A DNA stretch of 64,000 nt from Octopus bimaculoides (GCF_001194135.2 NC_068986.1:80265850-80329849); one strand, 5' to 3'. Shown: positions 53,235 to 64,000, numbered from the stretch's first letter. The notes: generated from the sequence alone by a model not told the origin. Numbers and translations: made by a program.

Positions 53235-54049
53235 AGCAAAGACAGTGATAGCAGCAACAGTAACGGCAATGCGCACAACAGCAGAAATAGTAGAAACAAA
53301 AATAATAGCAACATCAACAACGTGAACAACAAGATTGGAAATAACAACAGCGAACAACGAAAATAAGAATGCAGTTATCAATGGTAATTGTAGTAATAAC
53401 AACAACAAAAACAAAAGCAGCAATAATAATATTTTTAAAAACCACAACGACTCTTCATCTTCTCGTGGGCAGTTAGCCAGTGAGCTGTGTATTGCGTGCA
53501 AGATGTGAAAAGAAACGTCCTCCGGTACAAAAATAATACAGTAACACTAGGTGTTATGTCCTTTAGTGAGGAGGGAAAAACTTAATAAGAACAAAAACCA
53601 TTTCTCTCAAGGAGAGGAAACTTAAATTTCCTACTCCGGCAGAAACAGAAAAATGCCTCCAGGATGTGTGGCTGTCAGTGCTACACATATATAAAGGAAA
53701 ACAATATGGGGCGGTAGCTGCTACATGCAACAGCTAACTAGAAGCCAGAAGAATGACAACAATTATTTGCACATCCCAGGCCTTTATAATGATTCCCCAT
53801 TATATCAGTAAAAGGTTTACTCGAATTCGAGTCAAGAACGTGTCAGTTCACCATGATCTAGGAAGGGTCTTAACCATTCTGGAGAGCATAAGGAGATTGT
53901 AGAGGTGAAGTCCACCCTTCATTTCAACAGGACTGGAATTCTTATGGAATCCTAGGTACTACTTTCTCCACAAGAAATAAATTGCATTCTCGATTTTTTT
54001 CTGTTTCTCACTTCTATCTTTTCTGTTGTCAAAGAAAATATTCCTACAG

Positions 54050-54480
54050 CGTTCGCTATTTAACTCTCGTTCTGGTCTACCGACCCTCCATGTTTGTTTT
54101 CATTCGGTTTCCTTGTATGTCTTCACTGTCCTGTTTTTGTTCCTAACTTTAACCCTCTGTAGTAACGCTGTGCGCATGCGTGGAATTCAACAACCAAGCT
54201 TTCCCGCTTCATTCTGTCTCTTTCTTGCTGGCCAGCGATTGAGCAAGGACGTGTTTAGTTGTCTCTCTCCATCTTTCGAACTTACGCTAGACAGCTCGCT
54301 CACATCTACATACCAACGTCCCAACAACCTCGCTCACACACACAGAAGCTGTAACAACAAACAAGAGCTAAAGATGTATATATTAACCACCTTAAATAAA
54401 TGTTGTTAGGTTGATAGTCTGGAGTTCAGCGTTCCGTTAATTTCTAATTTTATATAGGAAAGTCAGGTATACATCTAATG
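54050..54480. promoter_or_regulatory. CpG-enriched candidate RRN3 promoter / non-coding first-exon region with an NRF1-like motif
   Basis: Non-repetitive, CpG-richer segment upstream of the first coding exon, which starts at a splice acceptor and so needs an upstream UTR exon. TGCGCATGCG at 54171-54180. Minus-strand donor-like C|GTAAGT at 54286/54285. Confidence 0.4.
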
Positions 54481-54604
54481 ATGTATAACCCACTTTCCTA
54501 TACCTCCNNNNNNNNNNTCAGCGTTCCGTTAATTTCTAATTTTATATAGGAAAGTCAGGTATACATCTAATGATGTATAACCCACTTTCCTATACCTCCA
54601 TAAA

Positions 54605-55140
54605 TCCCAAATTTTATTTTGGTACTCAGGGCGCAACTGTCTTCGAAGACTCATATTGTCGTCCAATGCTTGAAATGAGGAGTAGGTAGGCAGCCGACAA
54701 CTGACGAAGGGTCGTTTCCCTGTGCCTGTGAAATCTTGTATCCCTGCCGTAAGTCTTTATTTCCACACACGCCAGCTTAATTTAATTCGTCCTTAGTCGA
54801 AAGACAGCTGTTATGTCCTGTTATTTGTATTTGTGTAACATTCTCCGGTTTTCTTTCCGTCTTTGTTTTCGTATACATTGCTACTTTCTTCCAATGAATC
54901 TAATGCTTTTAGCTTAGTTTTTCCTCGAGGCTGGCCAGATTGGAGCAATTTCGAGTATAACCAGCCGAAATTGCAAGGATAATCTGGAACTCGACTAAGG
55001 AAAGAAAACTCCGAATGATCCGTCCTTGTTTTCTTTGTATCGTCTGATGCTTTGTTGTCCCTTTTTTGTAACACCTGTCTGAATGTTTTGAGTTCTTGTC
55101 CCATTTTGTATTTATCTATAATATAAATTGAACATGGGCG
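54605..55140. repeat. Structured GC-richer segment, possibly a Penelope-LTR-like repeat
   Basis: CTGACGAAGG, GGCTGG...CCAGCC-GAAA and an 11-bp inverted repeat TCCTTAGTCGA/TCGACTAAGGA; family not identified. Confidence 0.35.
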
Positions 55141-55249
55141 ACCGTTGTATTCTTTCTTGTCTCGAGGTTCACGGCCAAACGGCTGGGTGGATTCTCATGA
55201 AAATGGCAAACATGTGGAGACGGGTGCATATTTTGGAATGCGGGGGGTG

Positions 55250-55520
55250 AAAATTACTTCCTGGAAAATTCCGAACAGGGGGGGTTACTTCCTGAAAAGT
55301 TCCGAGGAGGAAGGGACGAATTACTTCTTTGAAATTTCCAAGGAAGGGGAGGGGGAGGAATTATTCATGGAAAGTTCCGAGGAAGGGGTGAATTAATTCC
55401 TGAAAAGTTCCGAGGAGGGGGAGGAATTACTTCCTTGAAAATTCAAAGAAAGGGGAGGAGAGGGAGGAAATACTTCATGGAAAGATCAGGGTGGAGCGAA
55501 TTACTTTCTGGAAAGTTCCC
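55250..55520. repeat. Minisatellite A (~33-42-bp degenerate unit TTACTTCCTGGAAAGTTCCGAGG...), ~8 units; shorter related array at 56125-56212
   Basis: Visible tandem periodicity. Confidence 0.8.
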
Positions 55521-55559
55521 CTTGTCTTAGCGGTTAAGCAATGGCGATCGATAAAATGT

Positions 55560-56118
55560 CAGACAGAGAGAAACGAAAAGAGAGAGAAAAAGAGACAGAG
55601 AGTGAGACAGAGAGAGAGCGAGCGACACAGAGAAAGAGAGACAGAGGAAGAGAAAGAGTGACAGACATCGAGAGATAGAGAGAGAGAGACAGAGAAAGAG
55701 AGAGACATAGAAAGAGAGAGACAGACAGACAGAGAGAGAGAGAGACAGAGAGAAAAGGGAGAGAGAGAGAGAGAAAAAGAGAGAGAGGAGAAGAAAGAGA
55801 CACAGAGAGAGACAGAGAGTGAGAGAGAGAGACAGAAACAGAGTGAGAGAGAGACAGAGAAAGAAACAGAGTGAGAGAGAGACAGATAGAGAGAGTCAGA
55901 GCGGGAGAGAGAGAGGCAGAGAGACAAGCAGAGAGAGAGAGACACACACACACAGAGTGAGAGACAGAGGGAGAGAAAGAGAGAGATAGACACAGAGAGA
56001 GAGAGAAAGGGAGAGAGAGAGAAAGAGATAGAGAAAGGGAGAGAGAGAGACAGAGAGATGCAGAGAAAGACAGAGTGAGAAACAGAGAGTGTGAGAGATA
56101 GAGACAGAGAGAGTGAGA
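55560..56118. repeat. Cryptic (GA)n/(GACA)n microsatellite; a second block lies at 57108-57332
   Basis: Direct inspection. Confidence 0.95.
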
Positions 56119-56212
56119 CGGAAATACGTAATTCCTGGAAATTTCCAAGGACTTCCTGGAAAGTTTCGAGGATTTCATGGAAAGTTCCTAGGATTTCATG
56201 GAAAGTTCCGAA

Positions 56213-57108
56213 GATAGAAAATGTCAATGTAACTTAGCGGTTCGGCAATTGATATCGATAAAATGTCCCGTAACTTAGCGGTTCGGCAATGGATATCGAT
56301 AAAATGTCCCAAAGAATTTAGAGGATCGGCAATGGAGATCGATTAAATGTCCCCTGAACTTAGCAGATCGGCAATGAACATCGATGAACTGTTCCCGTAA
56401 TTTAGCGATTCTGCAATGGAGATCGATAAAATGTCCCCGAAACATAGCGGTTCGGCAATGGAGATCGATAAAATGTCCCCGTTATTTAGCGGTTCGGTAA
56501 TGGAGATCGATAAAAAGTCTCCGTACCTTAGCGGTTCGGCAATGGAGATCGATAAAAAGTACCCGTATCTCAGCGGTTCGGCAATGGAGATCAATAAAAG
56601 TACCCGTATCTTAGCGGTTCGGCAATGGAGATCGATAAAATGTCAATGTAACTTAGCGGTTCGGCAATGGAGATCGATAAAATGTCCGCGTAACTTAGCG
56701 GTTCGGCAATGGAGATCGATAAAATCTCCACATAACCTAGCGGTTCGGCAATGGAGATCGATGAAATGTCCCCGTAACTTAGCGGTTCAGCAAGAGAGAT
56801 CGATGAAATACCCACATAATCTAGCGGTTCGGGAATGAGGATCGATAAAATGTCACCGTAACTTAGCGGTTCGGCAAGAGAGATCGATGAAATACCCACA
56901 TAATTTAGCGGTTCGGCAATGAGGAACGATAAAATGACCCCCGTAATCTAGCGGTTCGGCAATGAAGATCGATGAAATGTACCCGTAACTTAGCGGTACG
57001 GCAATAGAGATCGATAAAATGTCCACGTAACTTAGCGGTTCAGCAAAGCAGATCGAAAAATTGTCCCCTTAACTGAGTGGTTCAGCAATAGCGATCGATA
57101 AAATGTCA
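56213..57108. repeat. Minisatellite B, 41-43-bp unit AACTTAGCGGTTCGGCAATGGAGATCGATAAAATGTCCCCGT, ~21 copies
   Basis: Units start at 56231, 56272, 56315 and so on. Confidence 0.95.
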
Positions 57109-57332
57109 GACAGAGAGAGAGCGAAAAAGAGAGACAGAGACAGAGAGAGGGAGAAAGACACACAGAGAGACAGACAGCGAGAGAAACACAGAGAGAGAGA
57201 CAGAGCGAGAGAAAGAGAGAGACAGAGACAGACACATGCAGAGAGAGAGAAAGAGGGAGAGAGAGAAAGAGAGAGATAAAGAAAGAGAAAGAGAAAGAGT
57301 AACAGAGAGAGAGAGAGAAAGCGACAGAGGAA

Positions 57333-58878
57333 GAGTTCGTTCGTTCGTTATTTCGTCATTTCGTTCGTTCGATATTTGGTTCGATCGTTCGTTATTTCGT
57401 TCGTTTGTTCGTTCGTTCGTTCGTTCGTTCGTTATTTCGTTCATTTATTCATTTGCTCGTTCGTTATTTAGTTCGTTCATTCGTTCGTTATTTCGTTCGA
57501 TCGTTCGTTCGTTATTTCTTTCCTTCGTTCGTTTGTTCGTTCGTTCTTTCATTCTTTCGTTATTTCTTTCGTTCGTTATTTCGTTCGTTCGTTCGCTATT
57601 TCGTTCGTTCATTCGTCCATTATATCGTTCGTTCGTTCTTTATTTCGTTCGTTCGTTCGTTCGATCGTTATTTCGTTCGATCGTTCGTTCGTTACTTCCT
57701 TCGTTCGTTATTTCGTTCGTTCGTTATTTCGTTCGTTCGTTAGTTCGTTAGTTCGTTCGTTCGTTCGTTATTTCGTTAGTTCATTCGTTCGATCATTCGT
57801 TCGTTCGTTCGTTCGTTATTTCGTTCGTTCGATATTTTGTTCATTTGTTCGTTCGTTCGTTCGTTATTCAGTTCGTTGTTTCGTTATTTCGTTCAGACGT
57901 TCGTTCGTTATTTCGTTCATTCGTTTGTTCCTTCGTTCGGTCGTACGTTCGTTATTTCGTTCGTTCGTTCGTTCATTATTTCGATCGTTCGTTCATTCGT
58001 TCATTGGATATTTTGTTCGTTCGATCGTTCATTCGTTCGACAGTTCCTTCGTTTTTTCATTCGTTCGTTATTTCGTTCGTTCGTTATTTCGTTCGTTCAN
58101 NNNNNNNNNNNNNNNNNNNNNNNNNNNNNNNNNNNNNNNNNNNNNNNNNNNNNNNNNNNNNNNNNNNNNNNNNNNNNNNNNNNNNNNNNNNNNNNNNNNN
58201 NNNNNNNNNNNNNNNNNNNNNNNNNNNNNNNNNNNNNNNNNNNNNNNNNNNNNNNNNNNNNNNNNNNNNNNNNNNNNNNNNNNNNNNNNNNNNNNNNNNN
58301 NNNNNNNNNNTTCGTTCGTTCATTATTTCGATCGTTCGTTCATTCGTTCATTGGATATTTTGTTCGTTCGATCGTTCATTCGTTCGACAGTTCCTTCGTT
58401 TTTTCATTCGTTCGTTATTTCGTTCGTTCGTTATTTCGTTCGTTCATTCGTTATTTCGTTCGTTCTTTCGTGAATTTGTTCATTCGTTCGCTATTTCGTT
58501 CGATCGTTCGTTCGTTATTTCCTTCGTTCGTTATTTCGTTCGTTCGTTGGTTCGTTCGTTCGTTATTTCGTTCGTTCGTTCGTTATTTCGTTCTTTCGCA
58601 CGTTCATTCGGTATTTCGTCCGTTCGTTCCTTCGTTATTTCGATCATTCGTTCGTTATTTCATTTGTTCGTTCGTTATTTAGTTCGTTCGTTCGTTCGTT
58701 ATTTCGATTGTTCATTCTTTCATTCGTTCGTTTGATATTTCGTTCGTTCATTCGGTCCCTATTTTGTTCGTTCATTCAATCGTTCGTTATTTCGTTCGTT
58801 TGTTATTTCGTTTGTTCGTTATTTCGTTCGTTCCTACGTTTGTTCGTTATTTCATACGTTCGTTATTTCGTACGTTCA
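57333..58878. repeat. Cryptic (TTCG)n / TTATTTCGTTCG satellite
   Basis: Direct inspection; interrupted by an N gap. Confidence 0.95.
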
Positions 58879-58978
58879 NNNNNNNNNNNNNNNNNNNNNN
58901 NNNNNNNNNNNNNNNNNNNNNNNNNNNNNNNNNNNNNNNNNNNNNNNNNNNNNNNNNNNNNNNNNNNNNNNNNNNNNN

Positions 58979-59011
<33 letters not shown>

Positions 59012-59229
59012 CGAGAGAGAGAGAGAGAATAGGATAGAATAATAAATCAAATGAGGAAAGCTTCTAACAGTGTTGAGATGAAAGTTGAAAAACCTCTATA
59101 TATTTCCAGTGTTTTCAACCTTCTATTTTTTACATCTATTTTCCTCCCGTCTTTTCTTATATTTTCTCTTCAAAAGAGTACAGTCAAAAAAATGTGTGTC
59201 TGCGTAGATCCTACCATTTGGATAGCCGG

Positions 59230-60410
59230 ATGGGTGGTAACCCCGTTTTATTCCAGTGCTTGTGCCAAGAGCTTTTGAGTGTTTTACTGTAATAGGTCGG
59301 TTTAAGAACATTAAGAATAAGCATAGGGATAGATTCACTCAGTTCGATACTACAGATTTTTTTCCCTCTGTACTGTGATCATTGCTTGATAAGGCGATTG
59401 AATTTAGTAAATCACATGTTGATATAGACCCTGTAAACTGTGACTTTATCATGCATGCGAAAAAATGGATAAAACAAAGTTGGATTCTGATGAATTGTTC
59501 GATGTATCGATGGGATCATACGACAGTACTCACATCTGCGATCTTGTAGGTTTCTTTGTGCTAAGCACATTGAGATCCAAATACTCATCCCAGGACGTCA
59601 GTCTATACAGAGACGATGGATTAAGTATTTGCTATGGCTGTGTTGGTCACACACTAGATAAATTTAGGAAACAAATCATCTCTGCCTTTAGTCAATCTGT
59701 CAAAAGTCAATTTTTTAAAAGATGTTTCTCTAGAGCTAAACTCTTCCTCTTATAAACCTTACCATAAGCCGAACGAGAAACTTCCCTACATATACAAACA
59801 TTCTCGTCACCTCCCCATAGTGTTTAAACACCTGATAGTCAACATTGCAACAGAATATCTAACCCTTCTTCTAAAGACATTTTTGAGAAGGTAGCCCCTA
59901 TCACAACAATGCCCAAGCCAATAGAGGCTTTAATGACGAACTAATTTACAACCCCTCTAGTAATAATACAAATAACAAAAATAGACTTTAAAATAGACTT
60001 AGGAGAATAATTTAGTTTGCCCCCGCTCCTTTTTCCTTAATGTTAAAACCAACATAGGTAAAAAAAATTCCTGTTTCTCTTAGACGAACATTTACCCGTA
60101 AATCACAGGTGCAGAAAAATATTCATCAGGCGTTCAGTCAAATTATCATGTAGCTGCTGTCTCAATATGAAGAGCATTATTTTTCGCAAACACCACCAAG
60201 AACCTACTTCCAGTTTTAACTGTCGAGACCCAGGAACCTGTCCACTCGTCCAGGGGTGCATGCCTAAATCCGTCATATATGAAGCAGAAGTTACAGCAAC
60301 GCTAAATGAAAGCATAACCGAAAAGAAGAGTTACATCGGGTTATGTGAAGGTGACTTCAAAAATCGCTATGCTGACCTCATATCTTTCTTCCGGTACAGG
60401 GGAAAAAATA
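59230..60410 (+). mobile_element. Decayed Penelope-like retroelement (RT + GIY-YIG endonuclease)
   Basis: RT motifs QFDTTDFFPS, FDVSMGSYDSTHICDLVG, LYRDDGL. C-terminal NCR...CPL..C...VIYEAEV...YIGLCEGDFKNRY (GIY-YIG). Multiple frameshifts. Confidence 0.88.
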
Positions 60411-62134
60411 AAGTCACACCACATACAATCAAATAAACAATAGTTGAAATGTCCACACCATATGTTAACGAATCAAAAATTGTAAGCTATATGTAGCTGA
60501 AAAATCCCAGATCATTTTCAGATTTAAGAACTTCACAATACTGCTGAATTCTAGAACTGAAATTTTCAGCGTATGTAAACACATGAATAAGTTCCTGTTG
60601 GCGAATTGGAAAATACCAACCTCCCTGGATTGTGTAATTGTACTGCAGACTCTTGGCCCCTATCTTTTCAGCCTTATGACTTTACGGTCAAAAGAGAGAT
60701 AACTCTAACTCTAACCTTAATTTTTTTCCTTTTCGTTTCGTTTTTCCAGTGTTTTCAACCTTCCACCATTTACATTTATTTTCTTCTCATATTTTCTTGT
60801 ATCTTCTCTTATTTTACCGTTTTAGCTTGTTATGCCATGTACGCAGTGTGAAGATTGCGTTAAGGCACCAGGCGTATTATAAAATGCTGTCTGAGTTGTT
60901 TTCATCTCATGAAACAATTAGTAACTCATAGAAATATATACTATGTTTATTAAGCAATATTTATCTCTCACCAGATTGAGTATTTGTTGTTGACTTTAGC
61001 TTCATGGGTCAATATACTACATACGCGCGCGCGCGCATATATATATTATTTTGGTCAGTCTCCTGTTGCTCTGAGCTTCGCCTGTGGCTACACAGGATCC
61101 TCATGCAAGTTATGATTGAAAATTGCAGTATTTGTTCATCTATTTATAGGTTTCTTGTCATTGAGTGCGGTGGTGGCGAATGACTCGACCAAAATCATTC
61201 AACTACGGTAGTAGTTGAATAATATTCTTAAGGCTGCAATTTACACACACGCAGCCTATTTCAGACTTTGTCGCTAACTCAGTTCTCAACCAAATTGAAA
61301 GCTGTTAACATTTTTGGAGAGGACTGGTCCCTAGCTACATTTTGGCATAAAAAAATGAGATTTGGTCCAGTAGAAAAAGGTTTACATCAAAATTTGTAGC
61401 AACGTTATAGGAGAGTAAGTAACGCCTCCAATCAAGTTTAGATCCAAATAACTTTTTTTTATTTTAAAAGCAAAATATAAAAGAAAGCATGAGGAATTTC
61501 ATAGTTTTTGTCCAAATGTTTGTATCAAAAAAGTTGTGAGGTAAAATATCCTGACAAAATATAAGGCAAAAAATTAGATTTAAGTATCATTAACTTTTTT
61601 TATTTTGAAAACAAGACATATTCTAATTAAGCTCAAACGATAGGGCTCAATTCGAGGAATTTCATGGCATCAATCTCATGCAATGAAGTTCTAAAAGAAA
61701 AAAGTTATGAGTGTTTGTTTCTCAAATTTGAGGGTGATGATATAGTTCTATACTTTTTTATGAATATAGTTCTATGAGGGGACTTTTAATATATGTCACC
61801 GGCAACACTGAGGTAAGGAAAAAATTATCAACGACACCGCGAGGAATTTCATAGTTTTGGTCCCATTACATTAAATATTTTTTTTTTGTTTTTATATATC
61901 AATTAAAAAATAAAATTTACGCACTCAAATCTTTCACATTCATAATTTCATTGACAATTAACTCGCTTTCGGATTGGAATTCTAAATACTACAATTTTAA
62001 AATAAATTAAACAAGTTTGTTTAATAATCCAATTTTTCAGCTGTCCAATGACTGGTTGGTGGGGGATTACTTGCTTTCATAAATAACTTCATATTAATTT
62101 TTTCTTTAAACAACCTAAATTATTCAATAAAATA

Positions 62135-62217
62135 TAGCTACTCGTGACTGTCTCTATGAGCAGCACTGAGTCATGTAGTAGGGTTGTTCAGAAAAGGCAC
62201 AATTTTAAGTGTTTATA
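62135..62217 (+). ncRNA. Conserved hairpin A1 (candidate pri-miRNA or snoRNA-like RNA)
   Basis: Paralog of A2 and A3; stem GAGCAG/TTGTTC. Confidence 0.4.
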
Positions 62218-62403
62218 GTTTATATTACTTTTAATTTTAATTTTAAATTTATTTATTAGCAATGAAGTTATTTATATGCTTTGATAAATTATGTCATTGA
62301 CCAATGTTAATCAATTTAAATTTATTACATAACACAAGTGTTTATTTTCATTTCAATTAGCAACAATTATTATTATTTTCATTAACACAAGATCTATGTG
62401 ACT

Positions 62404-62475
62404 TAAGGTGAGCCTAGTCACTGAAAATTTTGGGTTCTTGCAATTTGTTATCGTTTGGTGAGCCATGTTGCAAAT
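62404..62475 (+). ncRNA. Conserved hairpin B1
   Basis: Stem TCACTGAA/TTTGGTGA; paralog of B2. Confidence 0.4.
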
Positions 62476-62640
62476 TCAAGATGATGATTATATTGTAGTT
62501 GTTGTTGCTTGTTATGAAATCAATAAATTCTTGCTTATAAATATGCATATAATTTATTAATAATTGCAAGAAAATAAATTTGCATAATTTTTTGTTTTAT
62601 CTTTATTTTCTTTAAAATTCCAAATTCACTTGATAGAATA

Positions 62641-62727
62641 TAGACATTTCTGGTTGTGTCTCTATGGGCAGTACTGAAGTCATGTAGTAAGACTCTTCAG
62701 AAAAGGAATTAGTCAAAAGTGCTTATA
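62641..62727 (+). ncRNA. Conserved hairpin A2
   Basis: Stem GGGCAG/CTCTTC, inner stem TACT/AGTA. Confidence 0.4.
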
Positions 62728-62985
62728 TTTTACAACCTATTTTTAAACTTTAATATTTAATTAATAAAGTTATTTGTAAAATGCTGATGCACTTAAGTAA
62801 GTTTAACTTTTATTATTAATTTTCACTTTCAGCCTTACTTGCTTTCTACGTTTTTTTTTGTTTTTTTTGCTAATTTCTTTTTAGTTGCTTCCCTTTTTCT
62901 TTTAAGCTAATTATTTAATCAGGCAAGTTCATTAATCTTTTATATGCTTCAGATATACATATCTAATTTTATTGGGGAAAGAATA

Positions 62986-63071
62986 TAGTCATTTTTGGCT
63001 GTGTTTCTATGGGCAGTCTGAAGGCATGTAGTAAGGCTGTCCTGAAAAGGCATTGTTATAAAGTGATTATA
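62986..63071 (+). ncRNA. Conserved hairpin A3
   Basis: Stem GGGCAG/CTGTCC, basal stem TAGTCATTTT/AAAGTGATTA. Confidence 0.4.
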
Positions 63072-63268
63072 TTCTAAACTTATTATTTAATACCGAAATT
63101 AATTTAAAAGGATTTTCATATATCAGTTTTTGTATTATGGGAATGTAGGTAATTTTCACTTGTATATATGCGCTATGCTTTCATAATTACTGTTGTATTG
63201 AATCATTATTGATATATCTAGAGCAGCAGCAGTCATTGCTATTATCACCAACTAAAAATCAAGGTTAA

Positions 63269-63342
63269 TTAAGGTGAACCTGGTAACTGATGGTTTTGGG
63301 TCTTGTTTGTAACCGATTGGTGAGCCGTGGTGCAACCTTTAA
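63269..63342 (+). ncRNA. Conserved hairpin B2
   Basis: Stems ACTGATGGTT/AACCGATTGGT and TAAGGT/ACCTTTA. Confidence 0.4.
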
Positions 63343-63950
63343 ATGGTAAAATTCTCTGCCATTACTTTGGTGTGGATGGGTAATATTAGTAGCTGTTGCT
63401 CTTTGAAAATTTATCGAATTCAATTTTCAATAAGGTGATCTTAGATTATTAATTGACAGATTGTTAATTAGCATAATAGCGTAACCTGGAAAAACATGGA
63501 TTACATGGAAAAATGCGAGCAAGAGAAATAATATTATTAAGACTATAAACCTGGAAAAGTTCAGGACAACTTATTACATCTGGTAAAGTACAAAACGAAA
63601 ATTTTTACTTAAAATATTGCAGCTAAGGATAAAATTTGAATATTAAGAATTATCTGATTTAAATTTACAAAGTAACATTATAATTAAAAAAAGTACCATC
63701 ATTTTTGTAAAATATTGACGCATTAGAATACTTAAAACATGAGAGCCAGAAGTACCAGTATAGCTGAAGTTTTATGCAAAGCAGGATAGTATATATGGTA
63801 GGCAAATTCATTATGTAAAAAATAGGCATATATATAAAGCGGAATGTAAGCATGGAAATAAACAACAAAATATAAAAGTAAAGGAAATAAAGATATGTAT
63901 CAAGGTGTCGTTTTCTAGTGTCTAGTACTACCTAGCACTTCCACATTACA

Positions 63951-64000
<50 letters not shown>

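Noticed and set aside
53240-53500. Asn/Ser-rich apparent coding stretch
   Set aside because: Degenerate (AAC/AGC)n repeat with a frameshift and stop, interrupted upstream by a MITE.
56343-56899. ORFs encoding 14-aa repeats (SISIAEPLSYGDIL)
   Set aside because: By-product of a ~42-bp minisatellite; unit-length variation breaks the frame and there is no splice or start context.
55534-58735. Ser/Leu-rich and Phe/Val/Arg/Ser-rich ORFs
   Set aside because: Translations of (GA)n and (TTCG)n satellites.
62150-62200. SECIS element (ATGA...GA hairpin) or C/D snoRNA reading of hairpin A
   Set aside because: ATGA is present only in A1, there is no apical AA motif or selenoprotein context, and no conserved C box or terminal CTGA.

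Overview
AT-rich, repeat-dense animal genomic DNA. The repeat content (tRNA-derived SINEs, RTE LINE tails, long (TA)n/(GA)n tracts, TTAGGG) suggests an octopus or other coleoid cephalopod; this assignment is inference. The draft assembly has several N gaps. One protein-coding gene is well supported: RRN3/TIF-IA (RNA polymerase I initiation factor) on the minus strand. I traced 13 phase-consistent GT-AG coding exons (1550 nt, 516 codons plus 2 nt) from the ATG at 47052 to 955, and the gene continues past the window start. Its introns contain SINEs, RTE fragments, piggyBac/mariner/pogo-type elements and MITEs. Upstream of the gene are a CpG-rich promoter candidate (~54.0-54.5 kb), a composite satellite block (55.2-58.9 kb) and a decayed Penelope-like RT/GIY-YIG element (59.2-60.9 kb). 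The most interesting unexplained structures are: (1) a ~490-bp head-to-head palindrome of a tRNA-like Pol III head plus a hammerhead-ribozyme tail (30240-30730); (2) five conserved hairpins of two families showing covariation, a candidate miRNA/snoRNA-like cluster (62.1-63.3 kb); (3) a 705-bp TIR element with a 6-bp TSD, nested inverted repeats and a central (CCCTAA)n/(TTAGGG)n palindrome; (4) a CpG-rich foldback array containing TTAGGG; and (5) a 51-bp near-perfect intronic hairpin.
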